The notes: a model not told the origin generated them from the letters alone. Shown: positions 50,669-61,032, counted from the first letter of the stretch. The stretch is 64,000 nt of DNA from Candidatus Thorarchaeota archaeon SMTZ1-45 (GCA_001563335.1 LRSL01000095.1:14586-78585); one strand, 5' to 3'. Translations and numbers: made by a program.

Positions 50669-51349
50669 ATGCCAAGCCCTGAGTGGAATCGCTTCTTGGA
50701 GAACTATTTTGGCGACCCCTACATGATGTGGCATGATGGTATTGATGAAAAATCAGTCACTTTTCTGAAGGGCAAGGAGCGAGAGAAGGCCGAGGACATG
50801 CTAATTGATTTGCTTGAAGAGGGTAGTCGCTATGGTGCAATAGGTCTCCGAGAATTACGATCAGACAAGGCAGTCCCAATTCTTGAAGTGCTTTTAAACG
50901 ACAGCCCTGGGACTTTGGCTATTGAAATAGCAGTTGCTCTAAGTCTAATAAAGAACAGCCTTGAGTATGTACCCAAAATAATCACTGCTCTCAAAGAGTC
51001 TAGATTCTGGTTTGTTCGGATTGATGCTGCAAGAGCATTAAGACGATTCCCATCTGAAAAGGTCCTTACATCGCTATTCGAAACTGTAGCGAAAGATCCT
51101 GACTATTTGGTCCGCAATCATGCTTCAGAAAGCATTCTATTTCTCCATGGTCTCCAACCAAACATTTCCATGCACAAGGAGATCTTTAGACTCATGATTA
51201 TTGAGTTCAATCCTAAGGATAAGTCCTCCATTAAAGATGCCCTTCGTCAATATCGGAGATGTGCTGATATGATACGCGAATTAGTCGAAAGAGATGGCCA
51301 ACTACGAAAAGGACCAATAATTGAAGATATATGGCACTGGAAAGATTGA
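50669..51349 (+). CDS. HEAT-repeat protein
   Basis: KAVPILEVLL, VRIDAARAL and DPDYLVRNHA HEAT_2-like repeats. Confidence 0.8.
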   Translation: MPSPEWNRFLENYFGDPYMMWHDGIDEKSVTFLKGKEREKAEDMLIDLLEEGSRYGAIGLRELRSDKAVPILEVLLNDSPGTLAIEIAVALSLIKNSLEYVPKIITALKESRFWFVRIDAARALRRFPSEKVLTSLFETVAKDPDYLVRNHASESILFLHGLQPNISMHKEIFRLMIIEFNPKDKSSIKDALRQYRRCADMIRELVERDGQLRKGPIIEDIWHWKD

Positions 51350-51438
51350 TTCAAAAAAGAAAGGATTCCTGTTTTCAAAGAACAGGATTAGATCCCCAAC
51401 TGTCAAGATATGTGGCGAATTAATATTTCTGAAAGAAT

Positions 51439-52164
51439 CTAAGTACTAAGATACGCTAACACCCTCATCGAATAGAATATTTCAATATCAAGTAGTGGAC
51501 CATCGACTGAGGGCGTACCCCACACATTGTCATATTTGAACGGCCATTGGTTGTTGAAGACTGTCGCATTAGGCGCAGACATTCGACCATTCAATCCATC
51601 TGGGAAATCAATGTCCAACAATACAAGTTCTGGCGACACTGGTCCCAAGACGCGATCGCCAATTTTCAGACTCATTCCTTTTGTTGTAAAATTGACATTC
51701 TCAGTCATTTTGAATTGAAAGATACCCGTACCGTAGAACCTACATCTACTACCTGAGATTTTCGCTCCATTATCAACTATGATTATTATATTCAGATTCT
51801 CACCAGAGATATATACACTATGAGCCACATCAGTTCCTAGTACGACGTTGATTGTCTTGACACATGTGACACTTCTGAGATGTACTCTAAGAGGCAAGAA
51901 GAAAGGATTTGAAACATTCTCGACAGCGTGATGTTTGACAGAAGTATAGTGAGTCACACCTATCCTATACCAAAGACCAGGATCATTAACAAAAGTAATT
52001 GTGATATTAGCATCTTCAATTCCAGCGATTGTAAACCGTGTGTTTCTTGCCTCAGATGTAGGTAGCCATGCTTCATAATGATAGGTTGTAGGTGAATTAC
52101 TTATGATATTCACAAAACCTCCAATTCCAATTATAATTACAACTGCGACAAAAAACACAATCAC
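51439..52164 (-). CDS. Hypothetical membrane-anchored beta-rich protein (5' end possibly frameshifted)
   Basis: N-terminal TM, beta-strand-rich; SD AGGTGA lies about 45 nt upstream, out of register with the GTG start. Confidence 0.6.
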   Translation of the reverse strand: MIVFFVAVVIIIGIGGFVNIISNSPTTYHYEAWLPTSEARNTRFTIAGIEDANITITFVNDPGLWYRIGVTHYTSVKHHAVENVSNPFFLPLRVHLRSVTCVKTINVVLGTDVAHSVYISGENLNIIIIVDNGAKISGSRCRFYGTGIFQFKMTENVNFTTKGMSLKIGDRVLGPVSPELVLLDIDFPDGLNGRMSAPNATVFNNQWPFKYDNVWGTPSVDGPLLDIEIFYSMRVLAYLST

Positions 52165-52336
52165 TTTTTGTTTTTTGCCGTCTTAGGCGTATTGCTAAGT
52201 ATTGTTAATCACCTTGGAATTTCTACATCTCCTCAAATACAACTATGATTATTCCTCTAAATACTATACGCTAAACGTATATCTAAGGATAATTCCATGA
52301 TTAGGATATTATTCTGCTATTCAGGAGAGGTTTGAA

Positions 52337-53365
52337 ATTAAGACATGTGCAAAATGCGGGAAAGCAAATGATGTGATGCGTAAATATTGTACTCGCTGTG
52401 GAGCCTCACTGCTAGTTAAGGAAGAGGTTTCAACGCCTGAACCTGTTGAAGAAGCTAGGGCGCCTCCAGTATCAGAAACCGGATTCAGTGCGTCCAAAGA
52501 ACAGCTTGTACGTCCTAGTGATATTGCATCTGAACAAGCTGCACCAGACACATTTGAAGAACCGGTCACTGAACCGATGAGCAGTAAACCTGAAGAAATA
52601 TCTAGCGCTCCAAAATCCGAACCAATGGATCACGAGAGAGGCCGAGCAGTTGTAAAGGACATTCTCGCTAAGGTAAAAGAAGCAGAGGCTCGTGCCAGGG
52701 CTAATGAGGCTGCAGTCCCCTCAGAACCTGATTTAGAACCTGAAGAGGCGATTATCTCAGAAGAGGTAGAGGAAATAGAAGAATATGAAGAAGTCTTGGA
52801 AGAAGAGGACGAAGAAGTAGAAGATGAAGAGATAGAAGAGGACGAAGAAGTAGAAGATGAAGAGATAGAAGAGGAAGAAGAAGAGTACTATGAAGAGCCA
52901 GAACCTACACCTTCGAAACCGCCAGTGATAGAAAAGCCCGCTCCAATCACTCCTCCCTCGGTTTCTATGGCTCTCGATGAAACTGCAAAAGATGAGAAAG
53001 TCAGGATATTAGAATCTGATATCACGACATTCAACATCGAACGTGACCAGCTCCAAACAGAGATGGATAAACTGCGTTCTCGTCTTGATGAAGAAGTGGA
53101 ACGTTATTTAGTAGTGGCTGAAACCAAGCGTACCCGCTTTGAAAGTCTGGAACGTGAATTGAGTCTTGCGAAGAAAGAGTACAACGACGCGAACAAGGAG
53201 TACAAGAATGCAGAAAATCGCAGGAAGAACGAACTCTCAAATGCTGAGAAGAGAATTCGCGACGTGGAAAAACGAATCAAGAAAGCAGAGGATGCCAAGG
53301 AAAAGCGTATTCGAGACCTTGAAAAAGAACGTCTGAAGCGCGAAGAAGAAGCACGGAAGACTTAG
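52337..53365 (+). CDS. Zn-ribbon + acidic low-complexity + coiled-coil protein
   Basis: Reading frame extends upstream of GTG 52373 to IKTCAKCGKANDVMRKYCTRC; Glu-rich tract; long C-terminal heptad region. Confidence 0.8.
   Translation: MKTCAKCGKANDVMRKYCTRCGASLLVKEEVSTPEPVEEARAPPVSETGFSASKEQLVRPSDIASEQAAPDTFEEPVTEPMSSKPEEISSAPKSEPMDHERGRAVVKDILAKVKEAEARARANEAAVPSEPDLEPEEAIISEEVEEIEEYEEVLEEEDEEVEDEEIEEDEEVEDEEIEEEEEEYYEEPEPTPSKPPVIEKPAPITPPSVSMALDETAKDEKVRILESDITTFNIERDQLQTEMDKLRSRLDEEVERYLVVAETKRTRFESLERELSLAKKEYNDANKEYKNAENRRKNELSNAEKRIRDVEKRIKKAEDAKEKRIRDLEKERLKREEEARKT
52801..52875 (+). repeat. 33-bp in-frame tandem repeat (2.3 copies)
   Basis: AGAAGAGGACGAAGAAGTAGAAGATGAAGAGAT exact twice, encoding EEDEEVEDEEI. 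Confidence 0.9.
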
Positions 53366-53396
53366 CCAAGAATCCTGTTATCAACTGCAAATCCAA

Positions 53397-54593
53397 TTAG
53401 ATTGGATGGTTTCTGAACTCCTTCGTAACTCGTTCCATCAATTCGGAGTCTAAATACAGATCAATGGCAGTCATAGCTAGTGCTTTTGCTGCAGTCAACA
53501 TGGCTGCGTGTCCTTTCTTGGATGCTGCAGCCACTGCAAACTCTTGAGAATGACCTGCAACACTATTATCACATATCGTGATGTAAGGATGAATTGCTGG
53601 AACAACATGACTTACATTTCCAATATCGCTGGACCCAGCTCCGCTACCATTTGGTAGTGGAATGATTGGTTCTCCTAGTGCTTCAAGATTCTTGACAAAT
53701 GCCTCTCCCATTGCATTATTCATAATCCTTGATTGATATGAAGGTTTGACAACCTCATACTTCAGATTTGCACCAGTCGCACTAGCTGCTCCTTGAGCAC
53801 AGTTCTCTAGTTTTTTCACCAGCTCAGCGCAATAGTCATCTTCAACTGCTCTTACATAAAACTCTGCAGCTGCGAACTCTGGTACTATATTCGGCTTGAC
53901 ACCTCCGTGGGTGATAATTCCATGAATTCTTGCTGTACTCTTTATATGTTGACGTAACGCATTGATTCCATTGAATGTCTGGATAACTGCGTCAAGTGCA
54001 TTGATACCCTTCTCAGGGCTTGCAGCTGCATGTGCTGGTTTTCCATGAAACTCAATTTTGACCTCGGTCAGAGCTAGGCCTTTCCGACCTACAATTGTAT
54101 AACCTGGGGCTGGATGAAACATCATGGCGGCATCTATATCCTTGAACAACCCTGCTTCAACCATTGCTATCTTGCCGCCAATATTCTCCTCGGCAGGTGT
54201 ACCCATGAAGACTAATGTGCCTGGAAGATCTTTTTTAATTGAACTGAGCGCAAGACAAGCACCAAGAGCAGCTGCGGCAATGAGATTGTGTCCGCATGCG
54301 TGACCAATCTCTGGGAGTGCATCGTATTCTCCAAGAATAGCAATTATTGGTCCTTTGGACCTTTCTGGATGAACAGCTACAATCGCAGTTTCCATTCCTG
54401 CGACACCATGTTCCACCTCAAAACCTGCTTTCCTTAGTTCATCAACAAGAAGTTGTGCTGCTCTAACCTCCTTAAAGGCAAGTTCTGGATTAGCATGAAT
54501 CTCATCACTGATGTTGATCAACTGGTTTTGGATGTCATCTACAAATGCGCTTATCTTGTCTTTCCACATAATCATCTCTTGAACTACAGGCAA
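53397..54593 (-). CDS. M20 family amidohydrolase (ACY1L2/AbgB-like)
   Basis: HANPELAF, EYDALPEIGHACGHN, GTPAEE and GSSDIGNVS motifs. Confidence 0.93.
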   Translation of the reverse strand: MPVVQEMIMWKDKISAFVDDIQNQLINISDEIHANPELAFKEVRAAQLLVDELRKAGFEVEHGVAGMETAIVAVHPERSKGPIIAILGEYDALPEIGHACGHNLIAAAALGACLALSSIKKDLPGTLVFMGTPAEENIGGKIAMVEAGLFKDIDAAMMFHPAPGYTIVGRKGLALTEVKIEFHGKPAHAAASPEKGINALDAVIQTFNGINALRQHIKSTARIHGIITHGGVKPNIVPEFAAAEFYVRAVEDDYCAELVKKLENCAQGAASATGANLKYEVVKPSYQSRIMNNAMGEAFVKNLEALGEPIIPLPNGSGAGSSDIGNVSHVVPAIHPYITICDNSVAGHSQEFAVAAASKKGHAAMLTAAKALAMTAIDLYLDSELMERVTKEFRNHPI

Positions 54594-54704
54594 TCCTCAT
54601 CTTGAAGCTTCCCTTAAGTATGATAGAAACCGCTGTAGTTATTTTCTAATAGAGGAATGTGAGTCCTGAAGTATTGATAACTTATACAAACGGGTGAAGA
54701 TGTT

Positions 54705-55511
54705 TTGGAGTTTAAAGACAAAGTTGCCATTGTGACTGGTGCCGCCAGAGGGATAGGTGCAGCTACTGCTTGGGCGTTTGCTCGGAGAGGTGCCATATCA
54801 GTAATCGTGGATATCAATGGTGAAGGCGCAAAGAAGGTTGCCGCTGATATTCAGGCCGCAGGCCTAGATGCGATTGCTTACACTGTCGATGTGTCAAACA
54901 AACAAGCTGTAGATGAAATGGTCAAAGATGTATTCGAAAAGTATGGTCATATCGACATTCTTGTCAACAATGCTTACATCTCTGGAGGATATGCGATAGT
55001 CACAGAAACTTCCCAGGAGACTTGGGACAAGGTAATTGCAGTCAATCTGACTGGATATTTCAATTGCGCAAAAGCTGTAGCAAAGAAAATGATACCTCAA
55101 AAATCTGGCAAGATTGTCAATATATCTAGCGGCGCTGGCATCAATGGAAGTCTTTCCTCAGGGGTACAATACCCTGCAAGTAAGGCTGGAATAATCGGTT
55201 TGACAAAAGGTTTGGCTGGGGATCTAGCTCCATTTGGGATCAATGTGAACTGTATCACACCTGGACTAATTCGGACATGGGCACCAGAAGAGATGGCTAA
55301 ACAGGCAACTGGCTGGACTTTGGAAAAAGTTGCACGGTATATAGAGGTAGAGGTCCCCCTAAAGCGAGTTGGGGAACCCGAGGATATAGCTGAAACTGTT
55401 GTATTTTTGTCATCAGAAGCTGCCAGTTACATAGTTGGTGAAGTCATCAATGTTGATGGTGGAGGCATGCTTGATTCAGTGGCCAAGAGAGAATCCCTCC
55501 TTGGATTTTAA
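54705..55511 (+). CDS. SDR family NAD(P)-dependent oxidoreductase (FabG-like)
   Basis: TGAARGIG, LVNNA, YPASK and VDGG motifs. Confidence 0.93.
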   Translation: MEFKDKVAIVTGAARGIGAATAWAFARRGAISVIVDINGEGAKKVAADIQAAGLDAIAYTVDVSNKQAVDEMVKDVFEKYGHIDILVNNAYISGGYAIVTETSQETWDKVIAVNLTGYFNCAKAVAKKMIPQKSGKIVNISSGAGINGSLSSGVQYPASKAGIIGLTKGLAGDLAPFGINVNCITPGLIRTWAPEEMAKQATGWTLEKVARYIEVEVPLKRVGEPEDIAETVVFLSSEAASYIVGEVINVDGGGMLDSVAKRESLLGF

Positions 55512-55626
55512 TCACTCATGGAATACCGAGTCATATCTGGAATAATTAAGCCTCACCAATTGTTGACTATAATACAAAAGATTTCACAGAAGGTCTTAAA
55601 TCTCACTTCCCCAAGAGTTACAAAGA

Positions 55627-58443
55627 ATGAAGTATCAACCACACGAGATCGAGTCTAAATGGCAAAAGAGATGGGATTCCTTCAAGGTTTTCGAGGTGAA
55701 GGAGGATTCTAGCAGGCCAAAGTACTATTGTTTAGAAATGTATCCATATCCAAGTTCCTCTATACACATGGGTCACCTACGCAACTATTCAATTGGAGAT
55801 GCATTTGCCCGCTTCAAGCGAATGAGGGGATACAATGTCCTCTACCCTATGGGGTATGATGCATTTGGACTTCCTGCAGAGAATGCAGCAATTGCTCACA
55901 ATATTCATCCTGAAAAATGGACTTGGGAGAATATTCACGCTATCAAAAAACAACAGCAGCGCCTCGGGCTGTCTTATGACTGGTCCCGTCAGATTCAGAG
56001 TATCGATGTTGATTATTATATCTGGAACCAGTGGATCTTCCTAAAGATGTTTGAACATGGCTTGGCATACAAAGAAGAGTCCTATGTGAATTGGTGTCCG
56101 AAATGCACAACTGTTCTTGCAAATGAACAGGTTTTGAGTGGAAAGTGCTGGCGATGTAGTTCAAGTGTTGAACAGAAATTCCTTCAACAATGGTTCCTAA
56201 AAATTCGCGATTATGCTGACGAGTTGCTTCAAGACCTAGGTATTCTCGAGTGGCCTGAAAATGTGAAAAATATGCAGCGGAACTGGATTGGGAGAAGCGA
56301 AGGGTCTACTATCAATTTTCAGATTAAAGACACAGAAGAAATCATTCCTATCTTTACTACTCGTCCAGACACACTCTATGGTGTTACCTTCTTTGTGTTT
56401 GCTCCTGAGCATCCACTTGTCGAGAGTTGGATAGTTGGTACTGAATATGACGAACCATTTCAGAGGTTTTTGAAGGATGTTCTCAATGAAGATCGTTTCA
56501 AACGAACAGCGGCTGATACTGAGAAACGAGGAATGTTTGTTGGCAAATATGCGATAAACCCGATTAATGGGAATGAAATTCCTGTTTATGTTGGCAACTT
56601 TGTGGTTTATGAGTATGGAGCAGGTGCTGTTATGGCTGTACCAGCCCATGACCAGCGTGATTTTGAATTTGCGAAAGAATTCGATATCCCAATTACTTTA
56701 GTCATCCAACCGTCAGGAGTAGAATTGAATGAGAAGCAGATGACGCAAGCCTACGAGGGGGATGGGGTAATGGTCAACTCGGGTCCATTTGATGGCTTAG
56801 AAAACCGAGAAGCAATGCATGCAATCACAGAACATCTCGAGAAGATGAATGCTGGTGAAGCTACGGTCAACTACAAACTCCGAAATTGGCTAATATCACG
56901 GCAAAGGTATTGGGGAACACCAATCCCTATCGTATACTGCGATAATTGTGGCATAGTTCCAGTTCCTTATGCAGAGCTCCCAGTCAAACTTCCTTTAGAT
57001 GTAACTTTCTCCGGACATGGAAATCCGCTTAAAACCTCGATCTCATTTGTGAATACAACTTGTTACAAATGTGGAGGTAATGCAAAGCGTGAAACTGATA
57101 CTATGGACACATTCGTTGATTCCTCTTGGTACTTCTTCAAGTATTGTGACCCGCATTCAACAGAACTCCCCTATCAAAAGGAACCCGTTATGTATTGGGG
57201 TCCTGTGGACCAATACATTGGCGGAATTGAACACGCAATCCTACATTTGCTCTATGCACGATTTTGGACAAAGTTCACACGAGATATTAGTCTGCATGAC
57301 TTTGATGAACCATTCATGAATTTACTAACTCAAGGTATGGTAAATAATGCTAGTCCTTTCTGTGAAACCTGTGCAAAATTCCTACAACTTGGCAACTATG
57401 ACCTCACATCTAAAACTTGTAACAACTGTGGTAATCAATATAGAATGAAGAGCGTTAAGATGTCAAAATCCTTGGGTAATACAGTAAGTCCGGAATCCAT
57501 CATCGAGAAATTTGGGGCTGATACTGCACGTTTCTTTATTTTGTCTGTAGCAAACCCTGAGAAAGAATTGGAATGGTCCGATCTGGGTGTTGAACACTCA
57601 TTCCGCGTCTTGCAAAGGACTTGGGAACTTCTTTCAAACCCGCCTAAGAAAGTAAGAACTGAATCTCATATTATTGATACATTAATTCAATACACACTTC
57701 ACACTACAATCAAAGATACTACCAACCATATTGAAAACTTAGCTCTCAGAGATGCTCTCAACGGAATCATCGGGCTAATAGATACAACCCGGAACTATGG
57801 TGACAATGAAGATTTAGGGGTTGACCCAGCTCTTTTTGAGCAATGTAGGAAGACACTTTTGCTTCTATTGACTCCGTTTGTTCCACATTTCACGGAAGAG
57901 CTGTGGGAGTTAATTATACAGAAGAAAGATTCAGATCTTTTTATTTCAACAGAGAGCTGGCCAGAGTTCGATGAGAGTTATATCAAGGATGAAGTTATTC
58001 AACGATGGACCTACTTTGACCAGCTCGTGGACGACATTAGGAATATTGCAAAAATTCTCAAGCGAGATGTTAGTGTAAAGCCATTTGATAGGATTCATCT
58101 GATTGTGTCTGAAAAATGGAAGACTACTGTGATTCAGAAAGCTCTTGATGCAATCAAAAACATGGAACCACCTCAAAAAATCATGCCTGAACTCATGACT
58201 GATGAGTCCATCAGACCCCATGGTAAGCAGGTTAATAATTTACTCTCAAAAATAGAGAAAGACCCTGGAAAATTTGAATTACCATTTGCTTCTCCTGATG
58301 AAGAGTACCAGTTCTTGAAGGATGTCAAGTTTCTTCTCGAACAACGATTTGGAGCTCATGTCAAATTGGAGTTTGAGAATATGAGCTCGAATACAAAAAA
58401 GTCCCAAGCTCTTCCTGGAAAACCTGCTATTGTTGTTGAATGA
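55627..58443 (+). CDS. leuS: Leucyl-tRNA synthetase (bacterial-type core)
   Basis: [49 protein letters not shown] and KMSKS motifs. Confidence 0.97.
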   Translation: MKYQPHEIESKWQKRWDSFKVFEVKEDSSRPKYYCLEMYPYPSSSIHMGHLRNYSIGDAFARFKRMRGYNVLYPMGYDAFGLPAENAAIAHNIHPEKWTWENIHAIKKQQQRLGLSYDWSRQIQSIDVDYYIWNQWIFLKMFEHGLAYKEESYVNWCPKCTTVLANEQVLSGKCWRCSSSVEQKFLQQWFLKIRDYADELLQDLGILEWPENVKNMQRNWIGRSEGSTINFQIKDTEEIIPIFTTRPDTLYGVTFFVFAPEHPLVESWIVGTEYDEPFQRFLKDVLNEDRFKRTAADTEKRGMFVGKYAINPINGNEIPVYVGNFVVYEYGAGAVMAVPAHDQRDFEFAKEFDIPITLVIQPSGVELNEKQMTQAYEGDGVMVNSGPFDGLENREAMHAITEHLEKMNAGEATVNYKLRNWLISRQRYWGTPIPIVYCDNCGIVPVPYAELPVKLPLDVTFSGHGNPLKTSISFVNTTCYKCGGNAKRETDTMDTFVDSSWYFFKYCDPHSTELPYQKEPVMYWGPVDQYIGGIEHAILHLLYARFWTKFTRDISLHDFDEPFMNLLTQGMVNNASPFCETCAKFLQLGNYDLTSKTCNNCGNQYRMKSVKMSKSLGNTVSPESIIEKFGADTARFFILSVANPEKELEWSDLGVEHSFRVLQRTWELLSNPPKKVRTESHIIDTLIQYTLHTTIKDTTNHIENLALRDALNGIIGLIDTTRNYGDNEDLGVDPALFEQCRKTLLLLLTPFVPHFTEELWELIIQKKDSDLFISTESWPEFDESYIKDEVIQRWTYFDQLVDDIRNIAKILKRDVSVKPFDRIHLIVSEKWKTTVIQKALDAIKNMEPPQKIMPELMTDESIRPHGKQVNNLLSKIEKDPGKFELPFASPDEEYQFLKDVKFLLEQRFGAHVKLEFENMSSNTKKSQALPGKPAIVVE

Positions 58444-58515
58444 ATTGTTGAAGCGGTCAGTACCCAATTTTTCCGATGAACTAGGAAACCAAGAATGGAC
58501 TGTTCAACAACCATC

Positions 58516-58752
58516 TCAAGTCTTTTGATAGTACATGACTTCCGCAATCTTTTCAATTGGCACTATGATCTTGACCTCATCAGTAGCATATCGTGATTTC
58601 TCATCCTGATTTGTAGGTCTTAATACCTCAATGTAATTTCTGCCCACATTTTTGATAATTCCTTTTATCACATTATGCAGAGTATCATCAATGTCCACTA
58701 TTACTTGGACTGGCACTTGATCTGTCATTAGATCCTGTAACTTATTCATCAT
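58516..58752 (-). CDS. Small beta-barrel (Sm/YuzF-like) hypothetical protein
   Basis: VQVIV...IKGIIKNVGRNYIEV...IIVPIEKIAEV pattern; SD GAGG. Confidence 0.55.
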   Translation of the reverse strand: MMNKLQDLMTDQVPVQVIVDIDDTLHNVIKGIIKNVGRNYIEVLRPTNQDEKSRYATDEVKIIVPIEKIAEVMYYQKT

Positions 58753-58815
58753 GTCAGACTAACCTCGTGTATAGCAGTATCCACAAATTCTGACTTATAC
58801 TTTGAGCTGTAAGAG

Positions 58816-59604
58816 CTATGATACAGAATATCTAGCAACGTACGGTTTAGACAGGAACTTCCATTTGCCCTCAACTCCGTTGACTCTTGCACCTAATTCG
58901 ATGTGCAGCATGGCTATTCCACAATCCAGTCTCTTGGAAACCCATCTTCCATCACTTAGGTTATCTGTTCTAATTGTAATGGAATTTTTTTCAATGAGAA
59001 ATCTCCATGGTTGTCTATTTGCTGCAGATGGGGCTAGTCTTGCTGCTTCTAGAGCGCTGATTATCCAATAAGGATAGGTTTGTGGAGATTCAAGCAATAG
59101 GTCCTCAATTGGTTTTCTTTTATGTGATTGAACAATACGAGAAAATGTCTTCTCTGTACGTGACTTCTTTTCAAGACTATAGCCAATTGGTGTTATTGCA
59201 AGCACTTGTTCGTTAGGTCGTAACCCTGCAATGTTCGCCACTACTTCACGTCTGAAAAATCCTCCCACCCAACAGTTTTGAATATCCATAGATGTTGCTT
59301 CAAGAATAATCCCTTCACCAAGATAGCCTGTAACTTCTTGAACTTCAAGAACTGATGTATCTCCAATAAATGCTATGAAATGAGGAGCATCCTTCACTTT
59401 ACCATATGAACCAATTGCTCCTTTGAATACGTTCTCTGGTGGATCTTTGACAACAACAGCTCGAGCACCTCTAAATGGTTTGAATTCATTAGCTATAGTT
59501 TCTAAACGATGTAACTTGTCTTCAGGTAAAGACTCTCCAGTAAATGCTCTTCGAGAGTGTCTGACATTGATTGCATTTAACCATGAATTGACTGGAATTT
59601 CCAT
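58816..59604 (-). CDS. Nitroreductase family protein (TM1586-like double domain)
   Basis: RHSRRAF, ARLAPSAANRQPW and LDCGIAMLH motifs. Confidence 0.92.
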   Translation of the reverse strand: MEIPVNSWLNAINVRHSRRAFTGESLPEDKLHRLETIANEFKPFRGARAVVVKDPPENVFKGAIGSYGKVKDAPHFIAFIGDTSVLEVQEVTGYLGEGIILEATSMDIQNCWVGGFFRREVVANIAGLRPNEQVLAITPIGYSLEKKSRTEKTFSRIVQSHKRKPIEDLLLESPQTYPYWIISALEAARLAPSAANRQPWRFLIEKNSITIRTDNLSDGRWVSKRLDCGIAMLHIELGARVNGVEGKWKFLSKPYVARYSVS

Positions 59605-59842
59605 TATTATCTGGAGAAATAAAGTATGAAGTTCTTTTCTAATTTTGTTTATGTGTGAAAAATGAATCTGATAATTCTTTTATCTCAGGGAACCACCATT
59701 GGAGACCGGTGCTTGAAACTTGGTTATTCGTTTTCCGTCTAAAAGATCCTTTGGATTTCAGGGATTCAAAGTTATTCTAGCTTCTGCACACCATTGCGCC
59801 AAGCTCCAATCTTAATTAGTATAGGAAATATAAACTAAGAAT

Positions 59843-60601
59843 ATGCCATCCTCAACAAGACCCAAAGTTGTAGGATTAGTTGTAATTCTCATTGTAGTCA
59901 TTGCTGTGTCTGGATATATGTTAGCTCCTCTCTTGTTCCCTTCTCAATCTGAACAAGACACAGTTACTATACATCTTCTGTACACTGCAGGCGTAATGAT
60001 CGAATACAACAATACTCGAATCTACGTTGATCCTTGGTTTCTCTTGGATAATTACACTACTCTCCTTGCAGATGCTATTCTCATAACACATCCTCATTTC
60101 GACCATTACAATGAAACTTTCATCAACATACTCCAGAAAGATGATACCGTGAATGTCATTCCTGCAAGTATGTCTGCAGAGGTTGCACTACATGATGCTA
60201 TTGGTGTTGTTCCTGGCGATGTTGTGCAATTAGGAGATATCACTGTAACTGCATTCCATATGTACACTTTAACTGGATCTCATCCGCGTGAGGCAAACTG
60301 GACAAGTTACCTGATTGACATTAATGGTTTCAGAATTTTCCATGGGGGAGATGCATTAAACATGTTTGAGTATGAACAATTGACAGGTTTGATTGATGTC
60401 GCTCTCCTTCCAATATATGGTTATGGCATGACTGTGGTTTCTTCTATTGAGATGATACAACCTGGGTATTTTATCCCCACACACTTTGATGAGGGTTATG
60501 ATGATATGTTCTTCACTGTCTATGAAGATGATATTGCATCAGTGTCTGATTGTGAAATTATACGCTTGGAATACTGGTCTTCTTACGCTTTTGAAATCTG
60601 A
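59843..60601 (+). CDS. Membrane-anchored metallo-beta-lactamase-fold hydrolase
   Basis: N-terminal TM; IYVDP, ITHPHFDH, FHGGD and IPTH motifs. Confidence 0.88.
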   Translation: MPSSTRPKVVGLVVILIVVIAVSGYMLAPLLFPSQSEQDTVTIHLLYTAGVMIEYNNTRIYVDPWFLLDNYTTLLADAILITHPHFDHYNETFINILQKDDTVNVIPASMSAEVALHDAIGVVPGDVVQLGDITVTAFHMYTLTGSHPREANWTSYLIDINGFRIFHGGDALNMFEYEQLTGLIDVALLPIYGYGMTVVSSIEMIQPGYFIPTHFDEGYDDMFFTVYEDDIASVSDCEIIRLEYWSSYAFEI

Positions 60602-60646
60602 TATTTCCCATTTGGCATTTTCCCAATATTCAATGGCGAGCTCCTC

Positions 60647-60955
60647 TCATCCGATTTCTTTTTGAGAATTCACAATTTGTTTCTTCATTTTTTGAATGAA
60701 ATATGTCACGCTACCATGAAGGATAGATCCCGAAACCAGAACTATTAGTCCTGCTTGAGCTATACGAATTTCAACTGCAATAGCCGAGTTCAGAAGTACT
60801 ACCACCATAAATGTGAACATAATCGGCAAAACGAATAGGAAAATTACAGTGATGGTCACAAACTCGACGAAGCTGCTTTTACTCACTCCAAGCACCGAAT
60901 GGATCTATAACCAAGAGGTGGAATTATTCAATCGGTCAGAGCAAGAATTTGGCAA
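60647..60955 (-). CDS. Small 2-TM hypothetical protein, possibly interrupted by TAG
   Basis: 82-aa ORF with two TM helices; an in-frame TTG at 60955 follows SD GAGGTGA, but TAG lies at 60907-60905. Confidence 0.4.
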
Positions 60956-61032
60956 TCTCACCTCACTCTTGATTCCCGAGTAAAGATTCCTTATCCTAGA
61001 GAGTATCTCGAATCAATCCTCGAGGAATTAAG

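Noticed and set aside
59699-59815. Short intergenic frame with an internal TGA
   Set aside because: No redox motif, SD or SECIS-like evidence; likely non-coding.
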